Below, piece by piece: positions 17,787 to 26,595 of a stretch of 61,085 bases of DNA. The DNA comes from an uncultured Desulfurococcaceae archaeon (GTDB lineage: Archaea > Thermoproteota > Thermoprotei_A > Sulfolobales > NBVN01). Both the position numbers and the translations under genes were made by a program. Position 1 is the first letter of the stretch; each line of letters opens with the position of its first letter. The notes under the pieces were generated by a model, which was not told the origin of the DNA, did not search any database, and was given only the letters and a program-made list of their open reading frames with translations. The DNA lies in NCBI GenBank assembly GCA_964482405.1, contig CAYZXH010000002.1:1-61085 (forward strand), written 5' to 3'.

Positions 17787-19598
17787 TTGAGTGGTGGCCA
17801 AGGTCTTGAGGGAGGAAAGTTAATAACGCCGTCATACTATGATCGAGCTACGCGAACTATTAGGATAGCTGATAGGGAGGTTAAGGTATGGGGTTCTCTA
17901 CCTAAGCTTAACGAGAACGAGAAGTTAATCAGGACCACACAGTCTATATGCCCCTACTGCTACGCGTTACTCCCCGCAGTCATTTTTGAGAGGGATGGAA
18001 AGCTTTACATAAGGAAGGAGTGTCCTGAGCACGGCGAGATAGAGGAGTTATATCAAGGTAGTTCTGAGTTTGCTAGGAGGATAGAGAAATGGTATGTTGA
18101 GGGCAAGGGCCCCAGACACGTCTACACAAGCCTCTCAGCTCCGTGCCCCTATAGCTGTGGTTTATGCCCTATACACAAGAATCACACCGCGTTAGCGAAC
18201 CTAGTCTTAACGAATAGGTGTGACCTAGACTGCTGGTACTGCTTTTTCTTCGCCGAGAAGTCAGGATTTGTTTATGAGCCGACAATAGAGCAGATTAGGT
18301 TCATGATTCAGCAACTCCTTAAGCAAGGCGTGACGCCAGCCGTTCAGTTAACCGGTGGTGAACCGACGTTGAGAGACGATATAGTGGATATTGTTAAGAT
18401 GCTGAGGGAGATGGGGGTCAGGCACATCCAGTTAAACACCAACATAACTAGGTTCGCCAAGCTATACCTGCTTGAAGGTGAGGAAGCCGCGGTTAAGTTC
18501 TCCAGAGATCTGAGGGAGGCAGGGGTTAACACGATATACATGAGCTTCGACGGGGTCTCGCCACAGGCAAACCCTAAGAACCACTGGGAAGTGCCATTCG
18601 CTCTAGACGCGTTCAGGAAGTCAGGAATGACTAGCATTGTTTTAGTTCCTACAGTAATTAAAGGTCTTAACACGCACGAGTTAGGGGATATAATAAAGTT
18701 CGCGGCCCTCAATAAAGACGTAGTAAGGTCAGTTAATCTGCAACCAGTGTCCTTGACTGGGATGATAAAGAAGGCTGAGAGGGATGAGTTGAGGGTCACC
18801 ATATATGACGTAGCTAAATTAATAGAAGAGCAGACAAAGGGTCAGATAAAGGTTAATGACTGGTTTCCAGTACCGGCTTCAGTGCCTATCTCAGAATTCG
18901 TTGAAGGTTTCAGAGGCGAGTTTAAGTTTGAGATGGCTAATCACCCGGAGTGTGGTGTTGGGACTTACGTGTATATAAGGATGAATGACGGGGAACCCGA
19001 GTACATACCCATCACCAGAATGATAGATGTTCAAGGCTTTCTAGACTACCTCACGGAAAAATCTACTGAGCTGAAGAGTGGTGGGAGTAAGTACTTAGTA
19101 GGGTCTAAGCTGGTGATCTCAGCACTACTAAAGTATATTAAATGGGGTGAGGTACCCTCAGAGATTAAGGGGATTCTACGCAAGCTGATAAGCGAGGTGC
19201 TAATTAAACATACTTACGAGTCTCTCGGCGAGTGGCACTATAAATTCACTTTTCTTGGTATGATGCACTTCATGGATCTCTACAACTACGATGTTGAGAG
19301 AGTTATGAGGTGTAACGTACACTACTTAATGCCTGACGGTCGCGTGGTTCCCTTCTGCACCTTCAACGTACTCAATGACGTGTACAGAGACTACGTACAG
19401 AAAAAATACATGTTTACTCTTGAAGAATGGTCTAGGATGAAGGGAGCTGGCAGCATAGGTGAGGCAGTAAAGTATAGGAGGAACCTAGACTTAATAAAGA
19501 AGATGACGTCACACCCGCTCTACATAAAAACTTACAAAGACTTCATCAATAGATGGATTAACATGTACCCGTGGCTTAAAGACTCTCTACTAGCTTAA
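17787..19598 (+). CDS. tes: radical SAM protein, probable tetraether lipid synthase (Tes / GDGT-MAS family, COG1964)
   Basis: 603 aa. N-terminal rubredoxin-like CPYC...CPEHG, radical SAM motif NRCDLDCWYCFF, long C-terminal domain; convergent with the geranylgeranyl reductase gene. Confidence 0.65.
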   Translation: MSGGQGLEGGKLITPSYYDRATRTIRIADREVKVWGSLPKLNENEKLIRTTQSICPYCYALLPAVIFERDGKLYIRKECPEHGEIEELYQGSSEFARRIEKWYVEGKGPRHVYTSLSAPCPYSCGLCPIHKNHTALANLVLTNRCDLDCWYCFFFAEKSGFVYEPTIEQIRFMIQQLLKQGVTPAVQLTGGEPTLRDDIVDIVKMLREMGVRHIQLNTNITRFAKLYLLEGEEAAVKFSRDLREAGVNTIYMSFDGVSPQANPKNHWEVPFALDAFRKSGMTSIVLVPTVIKGLNTHELGDIIKFAALNKDVVRSVNLQPVSLTGMIKKAERDELRVTIYDVAKLIEEQTKGQIKVNDWFPVPASVPISEFVEGFRGEFKFEMANHPECGVGTYVYIRMNDGEPEYIPITRMIDVQGFLDYLTEKSTELKSGGSKYLVGSKLVISALLKYIKWGEVPSEIKGILRKLISEVLIKHTYESLGEWHYKFTFLGMMHFMDLYNYDVERVMRCNVHYLMPDGRVVPFCTFNVLNDVYRDYVQKKYMFTLEEWSRMKGAGSIGEAVKYRRNLDLIKKMTSHPLYIKTYKDFINRWINMYPWLKDSLLA

Positions 19599-19616
19599 TT
19601 GAAAGATTTAGGTTTT

Positions 19617-20966
19617 CTATACCTCTCCCCTAAACCTAGAGTACAGCTTCTCAACTTCCTCATACCATCTGGTCAAGCCCTCAGGTCCTTCAGGGTAGTT
19701 CATGTAGAGTTGCTTAGCGTCATTCATGTAGTGAGCGACCCTACGGAGTTTGAAGAGAAGTGAGGGTCTTGATAAACCAGCTAATAATCTCATGGCTTTC
19801 TCGACAACGCTGAGTTCTAGGTCTCCTTTAAGAGAGACTGTGTTTAAGTCTTCCTCCTTTATGATCTTCTTACTCATCCCGTACTCTAGGTCTTCATCGC
19901 TTAATCTCTGGAGGAAGAGTCTGAATATGTCTAGGGCTGCTTGCTTAGCCCCGTACCTCTTATTAAAGCATATGTTAGCTTCCCATAAACTCTTCGCGGA
20001 TGTATCGCCTACTTCCAACGCGTGTCTTACGGATTTGGATATACACCAAGAAGCTAACATAGCGGAGCCTTTGCCGCCCCCATGCACTGGGTTTACTGCG
20101 TAAGCTGCGTCACCCGTCACCGCTATACCGTTCCAGACGAGAGTCTTCAGCGGCCTCCTAGTAGGTACGGCGGCGCCGCCAGCCTCAATAACTTCACTAC
20201 CGCTAAAGACTTCCCTGCTTATGACGTGCTCGTGTAGGAGATCTTTAGGGTTGGGGTAGTTCATGCCGCCCTGAACGCCTAGCCCGACATTAACTACGTC
20301 GCCTTCTTTAGAGTAGGGGAAAAACCACCAGTACCCTCCGGGAGCTATCTTCTTGCTGACGTATATCCTGAGTATCTCCGGTTCCTCAATCTCTTTCTTC
20401 AACTTCCTGACCTCTCTGTAAGCTATGTTCATGTCTTTCGGGTCTATATCCTCCCTCACAGGCCACTTAACGTTAAGTTTTCTGACGATCGCTCTAGCCA
20501 TTCCTGAAGCGTCAACTAAGATCTTAGAACCGACCTCCAGCTTCCCTCTACCCTTAACCCACACGGAGACCCCGACTACGTAACCGTCTTTAACCAGGGG
20601 TTCTACTCCTTGAGACTCACCCCAGAATTCCACGCCCCTGTTGATGGCTTCACTCAGTAAATACTTAGTGTACTTCATTCGATGAACTTCGTAACCATCG
20701 CCCATAACCCTATACCTAAATTTTTCGGAGGGTGAGTACACATCAATTCCTTTCACGTAACCTTCTAATAACTCGTCAGCAGGTACCTCAAGACCTAACT
20801 CGTCGAAGTGATGCTTGCCTATGGCGTCGCCGCAAGGCTTATCACCTATCCTCTCAAAAGGCTTTACGTCCAGCACTAAGGTCTTGAAACCATCCTTACT
20901 CAGGAAGTAAGCTAATGAAGCACCCGCGATCCCGGAACCTACTATGACCACGTCGTACGAAACCAC
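19617..20966 (-). CDS. digeranylgeranylglycerophospholipid (geranylgeranyl) reductase family flavoprotein
   Basis: 449 aa; FAD-binding VVIVGSGIAGAS; GGR-family pattern (GDAAYAVNPVHGGGKG). Confidence 0.85.
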   Translation of the reverse strand: MVSYDVVIVGSGIAGASLAYFLSKDGFKTLVLDVKPFERIGDKPCGDAIGKHHFDELGLEVPADELLEGYVKGIDVYSPSEKFRYRVMGDGYEVHRMKYTKYLLSEAINRGVEFWGESQGVEPLVKDGYVVGVSVWVKGRGKLEVGSKILVDASGMARAIVRKLNVKWPVREDIDPKDMNIAYREVRKLKKEIEEPEILRIYVSKKIAPGGYWWFFPYSKEGDVVNVGLGVQGGMNYPNPKDLLHEHVISREVFSGSEVIEAGGAAVPTRRPLKTLVWNGIAVTGDAAYAVNPVHGGGKGSAMLASWCISKSVRHALEVGDTSAKSLWEANICFNKRYGAKQAALDIFRLFLQRLSDEDLEYGMSKKIIKEEDLNTVSLKGDLELSVVEKAMRLLAGLSRPSLLFKLRRVAHYMNDAKQLYMNYPEGPEGLTRWYEEVEKLYSRFRGEV

Positions 20967-21011
20967 GTGAGCACACCATGAATATTATGGAGATGTATTT
21001 TAATTTTTGTG

Positions 21012-21425
21012 TTAAGACCTCAAATATATTCTCTCCATACACCCGTCCTTATAAGGTCTTATGTACTCGTAATTCCTTTCGAAGACGATTTCAGGATTTA
21101 AGTGCTTAAGCACATACCTACACACAGGCTCTGAAACCAGCCTACACACATATCTCGTGTCTAGACCTAAGGATAAAGCAAGTCTCAGTATGGGACATGG
21201 ATTCCTACATATAGTGACTAACTCGTTAGAAGTAATCCTCACCACCTCAACATGTTCTTTCTCGAGTCTGAGGAACTTATAATAGAATAAGTCTAGCAAA
21301 TCACTCATGCTCTCCGCCCTACGCGGCTTCAGAGTCCATAGAAACCCGTAAGCATAGAAAACGAATAGTCCTAACAATAAAGCGGCTCTCTCCAAGATTT
21401 CTTTAAAGGACTTAATAAGACGCAT
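21012..21425 (-). CDS. hypothetical Cys-containing protein with an N-terminal TM segment
   Basis: 137-aa ORF with conserved-looking Cys residues (CRNPCP, CRLV, CRYV, CMER); family not recognised with confidence. Confidence 0.45.
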   Translation of the reverse strand: MRLIKSFKEILERAALLLGLFVFYAYGFLWTLKPRRAESMSDLLDLFYYKFLRLEKEHVEVVRITSNELVTICRNPCPILRLALSLGLDTRYVCRLVSEPVCRYVLKHLNPEIVFERNYEYIRPYKDGCMERIYLRS

Positions 21426-21535
21426 TATGGTCTAACCAAGTATTTCTTGTAACGATTTTATAAAACCTCTGCGCGAACATTGTTCACGCTTTTATTAGTT
21501 ACTTTAAGAATATTTCGAAGAAACCCGCTCTTCAG

Positions 21536-22429
21536 GTGTGGGGGTCAAGAGTGTTTAAGGAATCACTTAAGGAAGGCTCTGAAGAGTTTTTCGCTGCTTT
21601 AGTGTATAGTGTTGGGGATCCTGCTGGTAAGGGTATGGCGGATTTTATCCGGAAGATTGTTAAGTATAGGGAGACCCAAGTAGTCGGTAGTGAGGTTTCT
21701 TTCCTTATCGAAGAACTTAACGCTTTACTGATTGGTTTTAAGGAAGACGTTATCTACTTTGATTTCTTAGATGACGTATTACCTAACGCTAGCTTCTACG
21801 TTATCTTGTCTCGCCACAAGGCTAGCTCAGGCATTAAGTCGCTGACTGTTCACCACACCGGAAACCCTACCGCATCAGCTGATATGGGAGGTAGGCCGAA
21901 AGAACTTTCAATAGCTAATCCAATCTTCTCATACCTCACCTTAAGAAACTTGAGGGAGTTAGCCGTAGATAAGCTCAACGATTTCGAGGTCGTTTACGAG
22001 GTGACGCATCACGGACCTACCAATCTCCGGAAACCACTAACTTTCGTTGAGATAGGTTCCTCGGAAGCTGAGTGGGCTTACGAGAAAGCACATGAAGTAG
22101 TTGGTGAGTCAGTTGTGAAGGCTTTAAGGGAGTTCAGGCATCCAGTTAGTTGTGTGCCGACGGTGGGTTTCGGGGGGCCGCATTACGCTGAGGGATTCAC
22201 TAAGAGAGCTCTTAAATACGGGGAATGCTACGGGCACATAATATCTAGGTACGCCATCAAGGAAATCTCGGGAGTTGAAGAACTCAGATACATAACTAAG
22301 GAATCCGTATTAAGAAGTAAGCCAGCACCGACCAAGGCAGTCATAATGAGGAAGATAGGTTCGGAACCCAGATCCATCATAACCAGTGAGTTAAGGTTGT
22401 TAGGGATCCCCCATGATATCATCGACTAA
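21536..22429 (+). CDS. dtdA: archaeal-type D-aminoacyl-tRNA deacylase
   Basis: Motifs VGDPAG, SRHKA, LTVHHTGNP and VTHHGPT are typical of DtdA. The start may be GTG 21602 rather than 21536. Confidence 0.8.
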   Translation: MWGSRVFKESLKEGSEEFFAALVYSVGDPAGKGMADFIRKIVKYRETQVVGSEVSFLIEELNALLIGFKEDVIYFDFLDDVLPNASFYVILSRHKASSGIKSLTVHHTGNPTASADMGGRPKELSIANPIFSYLTLRNLRELAVDKLNDFEVVYEVTHHGPTNLRKPLTFVEIGSSEAEWAYEKAHEVVGESVVKALREFRHPVSCVPTVGFGGPHYAEGFTKRALKYGECYGHIISRYAIKEISGVEELRYITKESVLRSKPAPTKAVIMRKIGSEPRSIITSELRLLGIPHDIID

Positions 22430-22480
22430 TACCCTCAGATCTTTATTATAACGCGTCAGCAGTTTATTTTGGGGACGTAA

Positions 22481-23158
22481 TTGGACAGAGTAGTGATTAA
22501 GCTTACCGGGAAGTTATTCAGTCCGGAGAACGTTAAAGTATTGATGGAGATTGCTGAGATAATAATTGAGCATAGGAAGAAGGGATTGAAGATGGCTGTC
22601 GTAGTTGGCGGTGGCGAGACTGCGAGGAGATACATAAGCATGGCTTCAGAAGCTGGTGTTTCCCTGGGATGGCAAGACATCTTAGGGATAGGTGCTTCAA
22701 GACTCAACGCGATGTTATTCTCTGCATTACTCGGTGATTACGCGTACTACCCAATACCAACAAGAATAGAGGAATTCATACACGCGTGGAATCTGGATAG
22801 GATAGCTGTTGGCGGGGGACTGCAACCAGGTCAATCAAATAACGCAGTAGCCGCGTCGCTAGCAGAGTTACTTAACGCTGAGTTACTTATTAACGCTACC
22901 ACTGTTGACGGGGTTTACGAGAGAGACCCTAGAACAGACCCTAACGCAAGACTACTTAAGGAGCTGACGATAGAGGAATTAAAAAATGTTTTATCGCAGT
23001 CCTACACGCCAGGTAAATACGAGTTGCTAGACCCCATAGCTATCTCGATTATTGAGAGAGCAAAACTAAGTGTTGTTTTCATAAACGCCTTCAAGCCATA
23101 CATGCTTAAATCAGTCTTATCAGGTGAGAGAATCTACGGTTCTTGGGTAAGTCCATGA
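22481..23158 (+). CDS. pyrH: uridylate (UMP) kinase, archaeal type
   Basis: 225 aa; amino-acid-kinase fold motifs VIKLTGKLF and VVGGGETARRYI. Confidence 0.9.
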   Translation: MDRVVIKLTGKLFSPENVKVLMEIAEIIIEHRKKGLKMAVVVGGGETARRYISMASEAGVSLGWQDILGIGASRLNAMLFSALLGDYAYYPIPTRIEEFIHAWNLDRIAVGGGLQPGQSNNAVAASLAELLNAELLINATTVDGVYERDPRTDPNARLLKELTIEELKNVLSQSYTPGKYELLDPIAISIIERAKLSVVFINAFKPYMLKSVLSGERIYGSWVSP

Positions 23159-23679
23159 AAGAAGAGGTTTTAAAAGTAGTTATGGGGTTTCTGGATAAGA
23201 GCTACATAAGTTATGTCATCCCTAGTCATTGTCTCAACGCATACATGAACAGAGTACCTCAGAAATTAAGAAGTCTCCTCGGAAAACCGACGATCTTAAG
23301 TGAGACGGTGGTTGAGAGGGGCTGCGTGCCTCACACAGGCTTAGCACTTCATGGCGTGACGCCGACCGGTGAGCGAGGCACCTACATCGAGGTTTACAGG
23401 GGTTACTTACCCCCTCTGCCGTCCTTCACCCCTGCGCAATGCGTTATCAGTCCTGACGGAAACATCGTAGGTTGCAGATACTTACTACAGAAGAGGTATG
23501 TGGATGCCTCATGCGTCGAGCAGGACTTACCTAACCAAGTTAGTGAGGACGAGCTACGAGAATATGTTATGAGAGTATTTAGGTCATTAGATAGTGAAGG
23601 TTTATGGCTGTACGTAATTGATTGCGAAAAGAAGCTAACTCTAGTTAGGGCTTTAGAGAAGAAAATTATTCAGTATTAA
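23143..23679 (+). CDS. hypothetical protein, overlaps the pyrH stop
   Basis: 178-aa ORF overlapping the pyrH stop by 16 nt (ATG 23155 is an alternative start); no recognised motif. Confidence 0.5.
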   Translation: MGKSMKEEVLKVVMGFLDKSYISYVIPSHCLNAYMNRVPQKLRSLLGKPTILSETVVERGCVPHTGLALHGVTPTGERGTYIEVYRGYLPPLPSFTPAQCVISPDGNIVGCRYLLQKRYVDASCVEQDLPNQVSEDELREYVMRVFRSLDSEGLWLYVIDCEKKLTLVRALEKKIIQY

Positions 23680-23701
23680 CTTGAGGATGAACTAAGACGA
23701 G

Positions 23702-24733
23702 TTATGTTGAGATTACTGGTATGGTACCAAATCTAGCTATATGCACTTCTTTAACGTTGAAAGCTGGTATGACCCTAACACCAATAGGTTTCTTCTTCAC
23801 CTCGTAGGCAGCTAACACATCCTTCAAGACATGCTCAACTACCTCCACACCGCCCGGTAAGGCAACCATGTCAACCCCTACGAGGCAGTAAGCTGTTAGG
23901 AACGTGAGGTGAGGTAGTTTCAGGGAACCCTCCCTCACCAGCCTCATGAGGTTATTGTCTTCCCCGACTGGTAGCATGACCTCGTTGAATCCTAAGGACT
24001 TGATCTCTTTACTTAGTTCTTGAAGCATGTCGTTCAGTTTCTTAACACCCCAAGCACTTCCGGCACTTGGGAAGGGAACGCCGCTCAGGAATTCTATTAT
24101 GGGAACCACAGACTCATCCATCCATGGGGAAAGAGACGCGTCTATGCCTAAATACGGTATTTCGATATTCTTAAATACGGAACTCAGTATGTTGTCTAGT
24201 CTCTTAAGACTCATACTTATTTCATCGTAAGCCTTCTTTAAAGTCTCCTGTGTTTTAAGCGATCTTAAGAAATCATTCGCGTATCTCAACGCGATCGACG
24301 CACCATACCTTTTAGGGGTTGAGAGAGGGTAGTACGGTGTTTCCACGTAATCACCTATAGTGAAGCCCAGTCTAGTAGACACCTCAACACCTAACTCACC
24401 AACCATGCTGACGAGGAGTTCCGCGGCCTCACGTATCTCATCCGAGCCAGAGATTAAGAGGGTTGCGAACCCGTTACCACACTCTAAGATCTTCCTTAAA
24501 GACTCCCTACTTGCGTCACCGACGCTGACATGATAAGCTGAGAATAAGTACTTACTACCACACAAATACCTAACCACTTCTTGAGGAGCGTCATCAGGCA
24601 ACGTAACCCTAATAGTCCACGGCGTGAACCCGGTATTCACCAAAGCTTTCTCACTTAATTCTAGGTCTTTCTTTACATCACTTAAATCCCGCACCTCGTC
24701 ATACGTTAAAGTTAAGGCACGTATTATCAACAC
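23702..24733 (-). CDS. conserved hypothetical protein, possibly UPF0210/DUF711-like
   Basis: 343-aa ORF with coding-like composition. The N-terminal IRALTL and general pattern recall DUF711; weak assignment. Confidence 0.45.
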   Translation of the reverse strand: MLIIRALTLTYDEVRDLSDVKKDLELSEKALVNTGFTPWTIRVTLPDDAPQEVVRYLCGSKYLFSAYHVSVGDASRESLRKILECGNGFATLLISGSDEIREAAELLVSMVGELGVEVSTRLGFTIGDYVETPYYPLSTPKRYGASIALRYANDFLRSLKTQETLKKAYDEISMSLKRLDNILSSVFKNIEIPYLGIDASLSPWMDESVVPIIEFLSGVPFPSAGSAWGVKKLNDMLQELSKEIKSLGFNEVMLPVGEDNNLMRLVREGSLKLPHLTFLTAYCLVGVDMVALPGGVEVVEHVLKDVLAAYEVKKKPIGVRVIPAFNVKEVHIARFGTIPVIST

Positions 24734-24757
24734 GCATCAACTCATCCTCATCCATTT

Positions 24758-24868
24758 TGGTGCGGGGGGTGGGATTCGAACCCACGCAGGCCTACGCCAG
24801 CGGGTCTCTCGCTCTTAATGCCGGAGGACTTGAGCCCGCCCCCTTTGACCTGGCTCGGGCACCCCCGC
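24758..24868 (-). tRNA. tRNA-Leu (anticodon CAA) with a 23-nt intron at position 37/38 and encoded CCA
   Basis: Minus strand reads GCGGGGG-TG-CCC..GGG-G-GCGGG-CTCAAG[intron TCCTCCGGCATTAAGAGCGAGAG]A-CCCGC, then a long variable arm, T arm GTGGG-TTCGAAT-CCCAC and acceptor CCCCCGC-A-CCA. The intron spans plus-strand coordinates 24806-24828. Confidence 0.93.
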
Positions 24869-25011
24869 ACCAATAAGAATTAAGTATAGAATCAAATAAA
24901 CTTTTATTTTCTATGGATCAAAACCGATACTTTCAGTGATCTCTCACTGAGGAAAAGACTTACTCTCAAACTTATCTAAGCTCCTCATAACATACGTAAT
25001 TAGTGAATTAG

Positions 25012-25188
25012 ATGAGGACAGTCACTGTCAGGTTGCCTGAGGAATTAATCGAGTGTATAGATATTTGCTCCCTTAGGAACGGCAAGAGTAGGTCTGAAAT
25101 CATAAGAGACGCACTAAACCACTACATGAGTCGCGAACACGAAAATAAGAAAAGAAAACTCAGGTTGAGGAAGGTCTGTCTCTACTAA
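25012..25188 (+). CDS. ribbon-helix-helix (CopG/Arc/MetJ-like) DNA-binding protein, 58 aa
   Basis: ORF below the track size cut-off: MRTVTVRLPEELIECIDICSLRNGKSRSEIIRDALNHYM... shows the typical RHH beta-strand plus two helices, followed by a basic tail. Confidence 0.6.
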   Translation: MRTVTVRLPEELIECIDICSLRNGKSRSEIIRDALNHYMSREHENKKRKLRLRKVCLY

Positions 25189-25280
25189 TACTCAGTCGGG
25201 GGTTCTCTCTTCATTAATTCTGTAGCACCTAGCTTTCCTCATCCACAAAAATAATCCGGGACATCCCTTATTAATCTAAG

Positions 25281-26504
25281 CTAGCGGTTGCTGCTTAACG
25301 CGAGGTTTTCCACGAATTCGCGTATCCTCCTAACACCCTCCACTATCCTCTCCTCGCTTACCGCGTAGCTAAACCTAATGAAGTTCTTCCCGAATTCTTT
25401 AGGGAAAGCTGTCCCAGGAAGTACCACCACGTGTTTTTCCTCCATTAATCTGGTCACGAAGGCTTCCACGTTCAACCCGGTAGCTTCCAGGATTTTAGAA
25501 ATCTTCGGAAATAGGTAGAAAGCTCCCTTACCACGCCACACCTCAAACCCCTTAACTTGTTTTAATTCTTTGTGCAGTGTTCTCCTCCTCTTATCAAACA
25601 AAGACACCATTTCTTTAACGAAACTCCAATCACTCCTTAAAGCTTTAATCCCGACTTTCTGAGCTATTGAGGGAGGACACGACCACGTATTTACAGCTAG
25701 TCTTGTAAGGACTTTAGAGACCTCACGCCTAGCGACTAGGTAGCCCAGCCTCCACCCAGTCATTGAGAACGTCTTAGAGAATCCGTTGCAGTAGAGGACG
25801 TGATCCCTCCAGTCAGGGAAGCTGATGAAAGACTTGAAGTCGGCGTCCTCGTAAAGAAAGTTATCGTATATCTCGTCGGCTATTACTAGAAGGTTATAAT
25901 CTCTAGCTAAGTTCATGATTTCCTCCACTTCCCTACTACTGAAGACGGCGCCGGTTGGGTTATGCGGATTGACTATGGCTATGCCTCTGGTCTTGCTCGT
26001 TATTAATTCATGTATTAAGTCTATGTCCAAGGAAAAACCTGATTCCTCACCTAACCACTTCAGGGGGGCGTAAACAGGTTTAGCGCCGAGAAACTTAGGT
26101 AACTCTGAGTAGACTGGGTAGGTAGGGTCTGTCACGATGACTTCGTCACCGGGCCTCACGTAAGCAGCCATAGCTAAGTATGCCGCGCCCTTAGTACCTA
26201 TAGTTATCACGACCTCGTCAGGCCTTACGTCGCTCCCGTAACGCGTGTTAAGGTAGTCCGCTACCGCCTCCCTCAATTCTTCAATCCCTTCGGTCTCGGT
26301 ATACCCTGTGAATCTCTCGTCAAGAGCTTTCTTACCCTCATCAACCAGGAATTGAGGTGTGGGTATGTCCGGTTGCCCGACGCCGAAAGATATAACGTCA
26401 AAGCCCTTGGATGCTAGTTCCTTAGCACGCGATATGTATTGAAAAGCTATCTCACCGGACAGATCATCTAGAATTGCCTTGTAATCGAGAGTGGGCTCAC
26501 TCAC
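25281..26504 (-). CDS. class I/II pyridoxal-phosphate aminotransferase (aspartate aminotransferase-like)
   Basis: 407 aa; PLP-lysine motif SFSKTFSMTGWRLGY and NPHNPTG; GTG start. Confidence 0.9.
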   Translation of the reverse strand: MSEPTLDYKAILDDLSGEIAFQYISRAKELASKGFDVISFGVGQPDIPTPQFLVDEGKKALDERFTGYTETEGIEELREAVADYLNTRYGSDVRPDEVVITIGTKGAAYLAMAAYVRPGDEVIVTDPTYPVYSELPKFLGAKPVYAPLKWLGEESGFSLDIDLIHELITSKTRGIAIVNPHNPTGAVFSSREVEEIMNLARDYNLLVIADEIYDNFLYEDADFKSFISFPDWRDHVLYCNGFSKTFSMTGWRLGYLVARREVSKVLTRLAVNTWSCPPSIAQKVGIKALRSDWSFVKEMVSLFDKRRRTLHKELKQVKGFEVWRGKGAFYLFPKISKILEATGLNVEAFVTRLMEEKHVVVLPGTAFPKEFGKNFIRFSYAVSEERIVEGVRRIREFVENLALSSNR

Positions 26505-26545
26505 GTCTCATCACCAATATTGTTTCACGTAACTATTAAAAATAG

Positions 26546-26575
26546 CCCAGCCCTTCAGGGCGGGGAGGAGGTCAG
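26546..26575 (+). repeat. GC hairpin plus GGAGGAGGTCAG repeat, copy 1
   Basis: cccagccc-ttca-gggcgggg-aggaggtcag. Positions 26550-26575 are 26/26 identical to 38546-38571. Intergenic, between divergent genes. Confidence 0.85.
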
Positions 26576-26595
26576 CGTGATTAACTTAGATATTT

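Noticed and set aside
18344-18802. Long antisense ORFs inside well-supported genes. Examples: 18344-18802, 13781-14098, 34365-34709, 19750-20103, 53997-54326, 54864-55148, 55145-55489, 14955-15248, 47797-48099, 32673-32966, 28397-28693 and 17179-17466.
   Set aside because: Each lies opposite a CDS with clear family motifs. They have Ser/Leu/Thr/Pro-rich, low-information composition typical of antisense frames in moderately GC-rich genes, and none has a motif of its own.
24624-24818. 64-aa plus-strand ORF.
   Set aside because: It overlaps the 3-prime part of the tRNA-Leu gene and the start of the 23702-24733 CDS on the opposite strand; chance ORF.
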